The notes under the pieces are model-generated. The model saw only the letters and a list, made by a program, of their open reading frames with translations. It did not search any database and was not told the origin of the DNA. Shown here in pieces: positions 32,362 through 45,331 of a stretch of 64,000 nucleotides of DNA (position 1 is its first letter; every line of letters begins with the position of its first letter). This DNA is from Eledone cirrhosa. Its lineage: Eukaryota. The position numbers and the translations under genes are program-made. The stretch spans positions 258,602,001 to 258,666,000 of the forward strand of contig OZ024742.1 in the NCBI GenBank assembly GCA_964016885.1. Reading direction: 5' to 3'.

Positions 32362-32398
<37 letters not shown>

Positions 32399-32399
32399 A

Positions 32400-33400
32400 A
32401 ATTAGGCAATTATCAAAATTATGTTCAAATCACTTAATAGCTGGCAATCGTTTCTTCCATACTCTCATTTGGAGTCTTCGGAGCATTATCAATGTTTGTA
32501 CATGTAACTAACCTCCTATTCAACTGAACAATAATATAGATACATATATATTGATGTTGTGAGCAACAGTTTCGTATTTACAGGGAGGAATGATGTGACA
32601 TATATTGTACAAAAATTCAAATTCAAATTAAAAGCACAGAGTGGAATACATGCAACAGATAATACAAAAGAATAGTCTAATAATTAGAGAGGCATTGTGA
32701 AAGGCGCTTTGAGAAAGAAAGAGTTCATTAGCAATACATATGCAGGTGTGTAGAAAGTGCACATGCGTTAGTGATATATACGAGAAGGAAATAAGGAAAG
32801 TTATTATGCATATATAGATAAATAAATACTGTATTTTAAGCCAAAATGTAATGTATTAAAATCTAAGGTGGACGTAGTATGTTGATAGTGTTTGAATTTG
32901 TGTGTGTTGGGGAGAATAAAGTTATTGCAGTCTCTTCCATTACATATGTTGAATTATATTTTAGTTAATGTTTATATTGAATGTTTAAGTTAGTTAAAGC
33001 AATGGATTGTAAATTAGTCTTATTTTATTCATATTCATGGACTATAGTTGTTCAACAGGTAGGTTTTCTAACGGTTAAAATTTCCGGAAGTGAGTAAGGG
33101 GAGCTAATGCGTAAGAGGTGGCAACTAGCTAATTAAATTTAGTTATTTAAAATCTTTGCTCTAATACACATTATAGTGTGATACAATTGAATCTCTATTA
33201 CATAATGCTATACATAATGCTATACTTGATTTTAAATACAGTGTATTTTATTATAATACATTAAAATCCCTTAAGATTGTTATCCATTCATTACTGGACA
33301 AAATATATATTATGGAAAATAGCTGTTTATATGTCCAAATAGATATATCATTTGTGTAATAATATAGATTATTGTTTAAAATGTAATCCCTTATATACAA
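32400..33400 (-). mobile_element. PLE 3' non-coding remnant related to the 43725 element
   Basis: Blocks at 32430-32555 and 33082-33140 resemble 43765-43895 and 44489-44550. Degenerate CCGAAGA hammerhead at 32440-32484. Confidence 0.65.
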
Positions 33401-33461
33401 TGCTTTTACATTATATATTTAGTTATAAATGTATATATACTTTATTATTATTACATTGTGT

Positions 33462-33652
33462 GGTGGTGGATTGGCAGTATCGGTAGAGGGTCAGAGGCCA
33501 TGCTTTGCAGCACAGTTACGTCACTTTACAGTCTGAGTTCAAATCCCGCCGAGGTTAACTTAGCCTTTCATCCTTACGGGATCGAGAAAATAAAGTGCCA
33601 GTAATGTACTGGGTAATTGCTGTCCTTGTGCCTAAAGTAGAAACAATTATTA
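33462..33652 (+). mobile_element. tRNA-derived SINE (octopus-type), full length
   Basis: A box tggcagtatcgg, B box gagttcaaatccc, body gaggttaacttagcctttcatcc..aaaataaagtgccagt, tail agaaacaattatta. Confidence 0.88.
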
Positions 33653-34592
33653 CATATTACATTATATATTTATACATATGTGTGTGATTGTGTCTGTGTT
33701 TATTCATTTATAATATGCCATATTATACAAATAAAATTAATAAACAAAACGTCCTTCTGATACTAATTATGCATTGTGAACTCTCTCCCTCTCTAATTCA
33801 CGCCTTCTCGAACATTTACTCTCTCCCACCCTCTCTCTTTTTTCATCCTCTATCCAAATATGTATGTACATGTATGTGTTTATATTTATTAAATATAGAT
33901 AAGCGTGCGGCACTTTATTGAACGTTTAGTATAAGGCAACGAATAATACACAAACGCTCACACACACCACCACATCAAACCTCACCACACAACACATATA
34001 TATTGGATATATGAGCCTTCTCATGTATTATACACATATATATATATACACACGCACAGTGATACAATCAGTCAACTACGATTACACACACGCACACACA
34101 CATAAACACATTAATAACCAGATAAAAGTACACAAACATGCACACACTGATAAATTGAACAAACGCATTCACACACACAAATACATTAATTTAAAAAAAT
34201 CAAATTAATGATATGCCCACTCACGAAAGGTTCTCAATCTACACACACTTAAATGGTTCTAATGATGAACTCGGAAACTCGGCTTCACTTCCAATCCTGG
34301 ATTCTTTTCACCCCACCTCACCTATCCTGATAAAAAAAATGTTTCTATCATTTTTATTCTCCCAGGCTTTACTTTGTCCTAACGCTGCACTTTCCTCGTG
34401 AAGGAATAACGTCTGATAAATTGAAATATTCTTTTTCTGCTTCCAACAAGATTGAAACAGCTAAGAGTGTATGATATTGCATTCCTGTTTGCGTGTTGTT
34501 TATATATATATACATACTATACTATACTATATATATATATATATATTAATTCAAAATATTAACAAAAATAGACATTCGTGTGATCAAGTATA

Positions 34593-34655
34593 TTTTATTA
34601 TACATATTTCAGAGGTACTGAGCTATCTTCAACAGTACGTCCTCATCAGATAAAA
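34593..34655 (-). ncRNA. Hammerhead ribozyme (left arm)
   Basis: ttttat-CTGATGA-ggacGTACTG..CAGTAC-ctct-GAAA-TATGTA-TA-ataaaa. Confidence 0.8.
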
Positions 34656-35519
34656 TAAGATGATGCATGATAACAATAACATTAATCTAAGCACTATCAA
34701 TAGAACACTTGAAAGTACTAGCAATGTTAATGTCAATTGTCCAGGTTATAATAATAACAATAAATCGAAATGTAATTGTAGAAATAGATCAAATTGCCCT
34801 CTGCAAAATAATTGTCTGGATAGCAATCTGGTCTATAAATGCACCGTAAAAGCAAATAACATCACATACAACTATATTGGTGCAACTTCATCGACATTTA
34901 AATTAAGATTTTCGAATCACAAATGTTCTTTTTCGAATCCTAATAGGAAATCTTCGACTTCTTTCTCACAACTTATATGATCATTAAAAGACAAACATTT
35001 AAAATACTCGATTTCTTGGTCAAAGCTGTGTAATAGTCGAATCTTCTTGAATTCTTCAATATAACCTAACTGCAATCTTTGTACTATGGAGACCCTATTA
35101 ATAATTAATAATTATGAAAATTTAATTAACAAAAAAAGTGAATTATTCTCAAATTGCCTACATAAAGCTTCTTCTACATTCCAAGCCTCGCAAAAAGTCA
35201 GGAAAAACATTGAATAAATAAGTTCTAATTTGTGACGTTTATTATCAACTGAGTGCGTAAAATGATACTATAACAGATTATAAAACCTTATAATAATTTT
35301 TATTCATTTACGATATGATTAATGCTAGATTAAAGGTTCTATATAAATATATAAATATATAGACTGTTAAAATGATCACTTGATGAATATGCATATCGTT
35401 TGATTGTGTAAATACATTTAATTTTGTCGGGACTTTTGTATTTTTTTTAATATATAGCTTATATGGTTAACAGATATAAGGAACCGTAGACCATTCCTTT
35501 ATTTATTTGGAATATGTTG

Positions 35520-36530
35520 TTTTTAAGATTCAAGATGTTTGATTTATATATTCATGGTATATATGTCGCACACGATCCTAGTCGACAAACTTTTTCCCCT
35601 TAACTTGATGTAAAATTTCAATTATAACATTATTAACAGTAATTGTATTTATTGTTTATTATATGTATATACATCACTAATATCGTCTTACGTTTTAAAC
35701 AGAATACTCTGTATGTATTTAGACACATGTATATATCTAGTTTAATAACATCCTTCTAGGTACATTTATAAGTGCCTTAAGGACATTCTAGTGTTATAAT
35801 TGTTAAATATTTTCTAAATTATATGATGATTATTTATTAATTTAATTTAATTTTCTTCTTTTTTTAATATAATTCAATTTGGGTTACCTTTGGGTTGAAG
35901 AAAATCTTAAGTCTTTTCTTTCTCATGTTTGCAGACAATTTAAATATGATATTATACTATAATATAGATCCTTAAAAATGTTCTTGTATTTTTAAATCAT
36001 GTAGCTTAGATATTTGACACTTATAGGATCGCAAACCATTTATTTATTTTGAATCTGTGTCTTATCTTTTATGATTCATGAAGTTTGATTTGTATATTTA
36101 TAGTATATAAGTATTATATGATCCTAATATAATAATTGACGTAAAACCTTACTTTTAACAATATTAACAGTAACTTATTTATTATATTATATTATATTAT
36201 ATATAACTGACTAATATTGTCTTAAACAATATACTCTTCGTATAAATTTAGACAAATGCGTATATCTAATTTAATAACATCCCTTTTAAGTATAATTATA
36301 AGGCTGTTGGATACTTTAGGGCATTATAATTGTTAATTTTAAATGTTTAAAGTTATAATTGTAATTATTTTCTAAATTATCTAATGATTATTTTTTAATA
36401 TGAAATCTCTTTAATATAAATTGTTTTTAATATAATTTAATATGGATTACCTTCGGGATGAAGAAAATATCAAGTCTCTTCTTTCTCATGTTTGCAAATA
36501 CTTTAAATATGATATTATACTATAATATAT
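35520..36530. repeat. Diverged tandem duplication (~550-bp period) inside the PLE 3' region
   Basis: 35520-35970 parallels 36065-36530, e.g. ttaccttNggg.tgaagaaaat..tctcatgtttgca..taaatatgatattatactataatata. Confidence 0.8.
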
Positions 36531-37247
36531 TATACATTTTTATAGCCCAAAATATTATACCTTTAGATTAATTCACTATTTTGAACTAACATTCGAAATT
36601 TAACGGTCATCCGAATGCGTTTGGATATATATAATTGATTAATAGTCTATTTCTAATTAACTTAAGGACTAGAAATTAAACCCTCATATAACTACACCCA
36701 GATATTTTTGATATTTTGATTGATTAATTATTTCTAGATAATTCAACGATTCGAAATTATTCATTCACAAATCTATGCCCAAATGTATATTTATTTATTT
36801 ATTTATATATATACAGTTTTGCATCATCTAATAATACGCTATTTATCCACGACAATACAAATCTCCCTCATTATGCTTTATACTATAAAAATTATTCTTC
36901 CTTGTCTCTCTATCCTTAATCAATTCTCTTTTGCTTTCATGCAGAAGATATTTCTATACTTTTAGTAACTATGTTTTTCCTCATCTATGTCTCTCTCTGT
37001 CTTTGTTCTTACTTCAATAATTTAAATTATTTGAATCTCTAACAGTTATGTAAATTTCTATTATATTACTAGTTGGTTATTACTATGTATTTTTATAAGC
37101 TTTCTCACACGCACCCTCTGTATTATATGCAATTTTTTCAAGTCTCAATCCTAAGTTATATAAATATTGAGTTTTGTCATATCTTATTCACAGCCATGAC
37201 TGAATCTTAACCATCTACTTTGTCAGGGTATGTCATGCATCATCTTA

Positions 37248-37310
37248 TTTTATCTGATGAGGACGTACTGTTGAAGTTAGCTCAGTATCTCTGAAATATG
37301 TATAATAAAA
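37248..37310 (+). ncRNA. Hammerhead ribozyme (right arm)
   Basis: ttttat-CTGATGA-ggacGTACTG..CAGTAT-ctct-GAAA-TATGTA-TA-ataaaa. Confidence 0.8.
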
Positions 37311-37451
37311 TATACTTGATCACACGAATGTCTATTTTTGTTAATATTTTGAATTAATATTAATAACTCCGGAAAACCAAAACTGTGGAGTACTTCCAAT
37401 CTATTGTAAAACTTTATTTTTTGATTTATTCATTGAACCTTGTTTAACCTT

Positions 37452-37486
<35 letters not shown>

Positions 37487-37559
37487 GTGTGTGTATGTAT
37501 TGCCATATACATACTTATACATATAGGTATATACATTTACACACTCAGATATATCTAGA

Positions 37560-38050
37560 TGTTTTTTGTGTGGGCATGAATGCGAAAATTAAACGGATAC
37601 ACAACACACGGAAACGATATAGTACAATGATAATATATATGTTAGTGTAACACTTGACACAGTATGAAAATAGTTTCAATGTTTCCGGCGTTAGTCATTC
37701 ATCAGAATAAAGAAAAACAAAGTCTAAAAGATGAAATGAATATATAGGAATGGAAGAAGGTGAAGGAACGGGAAGAATTTATTTTCTGCTGAGAAAGACA
37801 TCAACCATTTAGAGGCTAAATATAGGTGTGTGCATAAAAATACTGACTTAACTTAAATATGTTGTACCTCCAATGTTCACGTTTTTTTCAAATCTCACAC
37901 CCATCTATCTTTCTATATTTTCTTCTACTTCTAATTGTAACGTCTAATGAAGGATTAGCGTCGGAAAGGTTATGATTCTTTCCTAATATATAAAGTGTTA
38001 AACTAATATATATCTTTAGTGTTGTTTTTCTGTTTACTCTTCGCATATAT
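37560..38050 (-). mobile_element. Short PLE 3' remnant with minimal hammerhead-like core
   Basis: CTGATGA-ATGAC-taac-GCCG-GAAAC on the minus strand at 37681-37705; bounded by microsatellites. Confidence 0.45.
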
Positions 38051-38077
38051 GCATAATTATATATGTGTATATATATA

Positions 38078-38171
<94 letters not shown>

Positions 38172-38172
38172 G

Positions 38173-38209
<37 letters not shown>

Positions 38210-38911
38210 GTGTGTGTGTGCGTGTGTGTATTCATGATAAATAAATTTTTCCCAATAGAAATAGAATGAGACATCAGTTAAATAAGGTATTCAAACATTA
38301 GTAAATTAAGTATAGAAAATACACGATTTATTTCATGGACAAATAACTTCTATATGATATGATATATATATATACATGTGTACGTGTGTGTAAATGTATG
38401 TGTGTGTGTGAATGCGTGTGTGTGAGCGTGTGTGTTAGCGTACCTGCCTGGTCGTGTGAACAATATCTCTCTTTTAGCTCTACTAAACTACGTTTCGTTA
38501 TTGCATCGAGTTAGAAAACCAGCCATAATAGAGTTCCTAATATGGGAAAACGGACTATAGCAGAGCAAAGAAAAACGAATGACATAGACATTAGGAGAGA
38601 AGCATAAACAGACTGAAATTAAGTGGAAAATATTTAGATTAGGAAATGAAAAATAGGAGGGAGAAAGAAACATTAGAAGTGAGAAACGGGTAGGAAAAAA
38701 TAGCAGTAGAAGGAGGGTAAAATGTAACACAATAAAAGGCAAGAATTAGGTGATAATGGAGGTGAAATACGCATGACTACTGCAATATTGATAGAATAAG
38801 AGATATTAGTTCCAGATATAGACAAAAGCTAAAGTTTCTGCTGCTGACTAACATCGAAGAAACATAAGTCAAAGAAACAAAACAAAGTAATATAAATAAA
38901 TAAATAAATAA

Positions 38912-38967
<56 letters not shown>

Positions 38968-39052
38968 GTATATATTTACATATATATACATATACATATA
39001 TACATATACACATTTATATATATATGCGTCAGTGTGTACACACACACGCACG

Positions 39053-39085
<33 letters not shown>

Positions 39086-39090
39086 GCACC

Positions 39091-39121
<31 letters not shown>

Positions 39122-39529
39122 GAATGTCTATATGTTATGCAATCAATACGTTTTTGTCTAATTTTAGCAAGGTATCTCCATTCACGTCATTAAAAAGAAT
39201 TGATTCTCCCGTTGTTCATGGATTACTATATCTCGCAAGAGAGGGAGACCAAGGCTTCTTTAATTGGATACACTGTATTTTCTTTCTGCAACGGCATCAT
39301 ATTGTTACATGATATTATCTCTAACATAGAAAAATATGAATCTTCTTACTAGATGTTAGTACATTCTACAAACCAAGAAATATGAATACATATAATATAT
39401 CCACACGCAGACACATAGCTTGCCTTTTTCGTACTTTTATTATGTGGGCGTCATCAAGTTGATCGATTGAAAAGAAAAGGATGTCTTATGTACATCTAAA
39501 TATATATGTACATCTAAATATATAAGCTT

Positions 39530-39690
39530 AATTGGCTTGGCAGTTATTAGTTCATTGGATAAAATCCGTAGCATGTATTCATTCCTACACTTTTCGCTTT
39601 GAGTTCAAATCCCATCGTGGTGATCTTTGCCTTTCAGCATTTCGGTGTTAATAAAAAAAAAAATTACCAACCCAATAGTGGTATCTATAC
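39530..39690 (+). mobile_element. Diverged tRNA-SINE
   Basis: tggcagttattag..gagttcaaatccc..tttgcctttcagc. Confidence 0.65.
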
Positions 39691-39743
39691 TCCCTCTATA
39701 TCTCTTCTTCCCTTCTCTCTAAATATTTCTCCCTCGCCCATTC

Positions 39744-39784
<41 letters not shown>

Positions 39785-40901
39785 CTCTCACCATCCACAA
39801 GAAATAAGCAGTTCAAATCCTGCGGATGTCAACATTACATTTCATGATGTAAACCTGATCGATAAAGGAATAAACAGCTCACTACTAGTGTTGATTCTTC
39901 TCTATCAGTTCTGTGACGGCGCGTGACTTGGTGGTTAGGGTATTTTTCTTGTCCTGGTGTATATATCATTATTTATTCGTACACAATATTAATATCCATT
40001 TTGACATGGACCAAATTTGTAATTTCTCGTTATTTCTATCGGCCTTTCAGTAACTGGCACATTCTGCTGGACGTTGGTTTCAATTGACTGTCCGATACAG
40101 ATATGATCTGACAAACATGCTTCATTAGCCTTTCTAGTAACAGAAGGCGGGCTTGATTTGAACTCATGTCACTGAAATCCGGTTGTCATACAGAAGCATT
40201 TAATCTGAGGCTTTATTTCCTCAATCAATTGTAGAAAGAATGGAGGTAACGGTTTAAAAATATTTATCTACGTCTAATATTTAGTCTATCGTTGAACATT
40301 CAATGAATATTCAGTAGTCATATCCATTTAAAACAAAATAGCTGAGAAATAAACTGCAGAGGAAGACAGTTAATAATCCTAGCAACATATAGTGTTTGTT
40401 TGGCGAGGAAAATCGTAATGAAATTTTGAGGATATCAACATCTGCGGGGATAGAATTTATTCAAGGAAATGAAAACTAATAATCCTGCCAAAAGGAAGAA
40501 AAACGATTTTGTGACCGCTGTAGGAAAATATATATCAAAAGAAAAGAGAATGAGAGAGATGAACATTGACTCCAGCGAGGAAACTGGCTACAGGCAAAAT
40601 CACAGGAAATGAAATACTGCCAGTGAAAAATATTTACGTTGAAAAGCTGAAAACATGTGATGTATTTAGGTGCAAATAATAATGTACCCAATAGTTGTTG
40701 CTTTCTTGGAAACGTTGAAAATATCTAACGTCGTGAGCAGTTATTGATAAAGTATCTAAACAACTAGTTTACTCAAATATTTAATGTTACAGCAAGTAGC
40801 ATACCTGGCAGTGTGGTTAGGGAAGGAGCCAGCACGCAGAAATTATCTTGCGCGTAACTGAAATTAACTCGACGAAAAATGCATAGGAAACTCATCATCA
40901 T

Positions 40902-40976
<75 letters not shown>

Positions 40977-40977
<1 letters not shown>

Positions 40978-41182
40978 CGAAGGAAATGTGGCAAGGAACC
41001 AGATGGACCATAACACCACCAAAGTACTCAATACTTAGGGTAGTAGGGTGGGTAATAGGAACGAGTAGGACTCCGACGGCTGAGCTCAAGCTGTTTCGAC
41101 GGCTAATTCTAGACTCTGGACTCTGGAGTCCAGTATTAGCCGTCGATACGGCTTGAGCTCAGTCGTCGGGGTCCTACTCGTT

Positions 41183-41187
<5 letters not shown>
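40977..41187. repeat. Tail + hairpin mini element (relatives at 52158-52283 and 42650-42712)
   Basis: Arms 41056-41117 and 41124-41187 are GC-rich reverse complements. Tail cgaagga..aaggaaccagatggaccataac..gtactcaatacttagg is shared with 52158. Confidence 0.85.
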
Positions 41188-41272
<85 letters not shown>

Positions 41273-41419
41273 TAGATATAGATATATACATAATTCTAGG
41301 ATATGAACATTTTTAGACAAATACATCCACATATGCGTGTTTCTACGATTATAGAGGCACAATGACATGAAAAGATCTGTGTGTATAGTTGTTGGCAGAT
41401 CGATCAATTCTTGCCTTCC

Positions 41420-41506
<87 letters not shown>

Positions 41507-41507
<1 letters not shown>

Positions 41508-42374
41508 GAGGTGTGTCAGAAGCATTCAAAGACTGATTTATTTCAAACCCAGACTTCACGCTAAGAGTTTTCTCCTTCAAAGTAATTCCCCTAGAGTGTA
41601 ATGCACTTTTCCATCCTTTTCTGTCACGCTGGCATGCACTCCTGGAAGGATTCATCCGGGATCCTCTGTAGTTCCGTCGTCACGGCCTTTTTTAAGTCGT
41701 CCACGTCTTCAAAACGAGTACCCTCATCGTCGTACTCGAAGATCCATGACTCATCACCGGTGATGACTGTCCCTAGCAAGACTGGTTCGGTTTCAAGACA
41801 CTTGAATGCGTCGACTCTTCTGATCATCGTTCAGCAGTTTTGGCACCATCTTCACGCAGACTTTCCGCATGTACAAATCTTCAGTGAGAATCTTCAAGAC
41901 GCTGTCCCGATTCATGCCCAGATCATTTGCCATCAGTCGAACTGTCAGCCGACGATCGCTACTCACCATCTGCCTGACGCGCTCAACTTTGACCTCACTC
42001 CTGGTTGTTGGGGGCCATCCGCTCCTGGGGTCAACTTCCACGTCCTCGCGTTCTTCTTTAAACCTCCTGCACCACTCAAAATCACGTGAGAATGACATCG
42101 TCTTAATCTCCATAAACTTGCTGCAGCAGAGCTTTTCCCAACCATACCAGAAACTTCAAGTATATTCGTTGGTCTGTGCTCATTGCTTGACGCCCTGAAA
42201 CAGAGGACATGTAAATAACATTATGAAGAAAAAACTCTGATCGCTGCAGAGAGCTAAGATTACAGTTGCATACTCCAGGGCGATTACTTTGAAGGAGAAA
42301 ACTCTTAGTTTGAAGTTTGGGTTTGAAATAAATCTTTTTTGACATCAGTCCTGGAACTTTCCTGGCACACCTCG
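41507..42374 (-). mobile_element. Mariner DNA transposon, internally deleted
   Basis: TA-flanked TIRs cgaggtgtg(t/c)cag. Transposase remnant QRIYLKF..VYGD..RFKE.REDVE.DPRSG..RRLTVR..MVPKLL..ITGDESW then GTRFEDVDD..CI...GNYFEG. Confidence 0.93.
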
Positions 42375-42412
42375 TATATATATATATATATATATATAGC
42401 AGGTGAACAGGG

Positions 42413-42505
42413 AACTGCACCGATGAAGGGTTATACCCAGAAACATTAGTGTATGAGAACTGCATTTATGAAGGGTTATACCCAGAAACATTAGTGTCTG
42501 CAGTT
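42413..42505 (+). ncRNA. Tandemly duplicated minimal hammerhead motif (CCGATGA variant)
   Basis: aactgca-CCGATGA-AGGG-ttat-ACCC-aGAAAC-attagt-gt, followed by a second copy (core tttatga) ending GTC-tgcagtt. Confidence 0.6.
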
Positions 42506-43074
42506 CTGTTACATGTCAACACACGAGCAAGAATCAGTGGCTCATTCTACAGACATGGCTTTAAAATGAGGCTTGTTTGCATAATTGAAAACGAATCGAA
42601 TATTATTATTAATATTCCAAAAACTCAGATTACATTTATTATATATATATAGGAAAATGTTTAACCCCGACGGCAGAGGTCAAGCCGTTACGACGGCTAT
42701 TTCTGGACTCAATATATATATAGACACTACGGCTTAATACGGGATGTTTGTTTACAAACACACCGAGCATTATAATAAATGTTCGGTGAATCCATACGTA
42801 CATATATATATGTGTTCATGTATGTATATACATACTACTGTACGTCTGTATACATATATGTATGTACGTATACATACATATATATATATATATTACATAT
42901 TATATATATATATTATATATATTATATATATATAATATATATATATATTATATATATATTTTATATATTATATATTATATATATATTATATATATTATAT
43001 ACATATAATATATATATATTATATATTTATATATTATATATTATATATATATTATATATACAATATATATATTA

Positions 43075-43106
<32 letters not shown>

Positions 43107-43107
<1 letters not shown>

Positions 43108-43365
43108 CGATATTAACAAATGGAAACTATATTTATAAAACCATATCTATTTTATTATACATATGTCAAGGATACCATGTTAAATTATGGTATGCCTTCA
43201 TCAGACAAAATACAATATATACCAGTTTTATAAATAAACATTGACGTACCCTTTCAAAATGCAACCGTTACTTTTGGAAGACATCAGATCCTTGTCGAGT
43301 GCTTTATATCAGTTATAAAAATATGTGCTTGTTGTATCCCAACAATTTAAATAGAACTTTTGCAT
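43107..43365 (-). mobile_element. Mini-PLE terminus + tail (61194 family) with mutated hammerhead
   Basis: Terminus acgatattaacaaatggaaactatatttataaaacc. Hammerhead at 43150-43210 has GACA in place of GAAA. Tail 43285-43365 resembles 62880-62960. Confidence 0.75.
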
Positions 43366-43385
43366 ATATATATATATATATATAT

Positions 43386-43709
43386 ACACGGGTGTGTATG
43401 ATTGTGTATAGAAGATTGTATTAATAAAAGGAATTCCAACTTTGTCTGATTTACTCGTTCTATTTACAATCTTTTAAAATTATAATGATATTATAATGAA
43501 ATAGTATGGTAGAGTAGTTGAAAACTGCAAACTTGACTGTCACCACTGAATATGAACGAGAAGATTGCGAAAGCATGAAAGTACTTGTTCAATTAACATT
43601 TAACAGCTAATATTCTACCATACTATTTCATCATAATATAATTATAATTTTAAAGGATTCTAAATAAAACGAGCAAATCAGACAAAGTTGGAATTCCTTT
43701 TATTAATAT
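43386..43709. repeat. Inverted-arm + short tail mini element
   Basis: Arms 43418-43516 and 43612-43709 (tattaataaaaggaattccaactttgtctgattt / aaatcagacaaagttggaattccttttattaata). Confidence 0.85.
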
Positions 43710-43771
43710 ACATATATATATATAGAAATTATAGAAATTACATGAATCAAAGTTCAGTTTAAATCATTTAT

Positions 43772-43820
43772 TTGCTTACAATTGTTTCCTCCAAACCGAG
43801 GTTTGGATTCTTCGGAGCAA
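43772..43820 (-). ncRNA. Type-I hammerhead ribozyme, CCGAAGA core variant
   Basis: ttgct-CCGAAGA-aTCCAAACC-tc-GGTTTGGA-gGAAAC-AATT-GTA-agcaa; all three stems can form. Confidence 0.8.
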
Positions 43821-45331
43821 TTATTTAGTGAATTTTTACATACTTGACCTCCTTTTCAACACAAGAGACATATAGAAACATATGTATATATTGACCCACA
43901 GTGGGTTGACATCCATCATATTAATATAGCATGGCAATTTACATACACAGATTGCAGTCATATTAAAGGACAGAATTTAAGTTTAAATAAAAATAAAAAT
44001 AAAAATAAAACATTGGCATTTTATGAAGATAAAGCAAGAGGAAAGTTTGGAGTAGCCAGTGTATGCAACAGTCTCACGTGTGGCATGCACGCGTGTCCTA
44101 TTTATACAAGATTATAGTGCGGCATATTGTTACATGTAAAACAAGCAGTCAAAGCAGGCAATCAATAGCATCATGGGGGCTGTACTGTTAAAGCATTTTT
44201 CACACACACACCTGTACGATATAGAAGCCCGTGTGTAGAGAAACACCAAAAATATCAAAAATATCAAAAATATTACAAATGAGAAGCAAAATAGCACCAC
44301 TGTCCTCGCACACACCACCACTCACACAATCCAGGAAACGCAATTTATAGACTACATGTCCATCACACAATCCACGATGATTCTACATTGGGTGCCTGGT
44401 GAACCATGTTAGAAATCATAGCTTGTCGTTCTCTATTCGATTCTATAGAGCAGGTTGTTTTTGTTGTGAGAGTTGACATCGTATTATATTCCGGAAGTAT
44501 GTGTGTGATTAAGGGGAGTTAATGCATAAGGGGAGATAACTAGCTGATTTCCATAGTTAAATATATTATCCTAAAGTACATTAATGGTGTTTCAAATGAG
44601 TCCCTATCATATAAGGTTATAAACAATTTCTAAATTTAAGTATCTTATCTATAAATTAAGGTGTAGTCTATCAAGAAGTACTAAAGGTGTTCATATTAGG
44701 ATGATTACCTTCTATCATGGAGTGCCACAACCGAACATTCTACATGAAGAGTCAGACCTCCAAATCAATGATCTTTGTAAGTGTAGTCTACCCGCAGAAG
44801 CTGGCAGGGTCTTATTAGAATCACTTCTATATATGACTCCTGGTAAGCTCTGGGTCATTGTATGTCTGAATGCATGGCAAAGTTAAATATCACCAGGGTG
44901 GTCCAGAGATCAATTCTCTCATACAAAGACACTAATCTGACCATCAAGCCATACATACCTATAACTCATACATCACCTGTACATAATTCATTGCACTTAG
45001 CATACATATTATATAGCTCTTTTATGTTAATAAATTAATTACTTAATCTACTATTTATCCAATGGTGGCACTCCATGCACAGGACAATGTTAGCACAACC
45101 AATTCAGTGCTTACAGTTTATATTAATTATATATTGGTGCAATGTAGTCCAAGTAATTTAAGGCCAATATACCAAAAGTAGAAGTACATGGGGATATCTC
45201 TAGGATAAAAGGTACTATGAGGGTGTCACTATTTGCGTTAAAGTGGATTAATGTGTGTGGAGATGAGGTGTATGGTGTGCCCCTGATGTTAGTTGCTAGA
45301 GGTGGTGGCGGGTTCAAGTCTGACATTGTTA

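Larger units (their letters stand above)
31825..32363. mobile_element. Foldback mini-PLE: 95-bp tail + 444-bp palindrome with a hammerhead in each arm
   Basis: 31920-32363 is self-complementary about axis 32141/32142 with about 2 mismatches; (TA)n on both sides. Confidence 0.9.
34545..37453 (+). mobile_element. PLE with inverted pseudo-LTR arms, GIY-YIG remnant and right tail
   Basis: Arms 34545-34668 and 37233-37358. Peptide CNCRNRSNCPLQNNCL..LVYKC..YIGATSSTFKLRFSNH..CNLC..LINKKSELFSNC at 34660-35215. Tail 37360-37453; (TA)n on both sides. Confidence 0.92.

Noticed and set aside
33462-33560. tRNA gene
   Set aside because: A and B boxes are present, but there is no cloverleaf and the sequence continues into a multi-copy SINE body.
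34978-34980. In-frame TGA as selenocysteine in the PLE endonuclease (also 54783 and the NFXL1 exon at 56988)
   Set aside because: The positions align with Trp or other non-Cys residues, and the copies carry other lesions.
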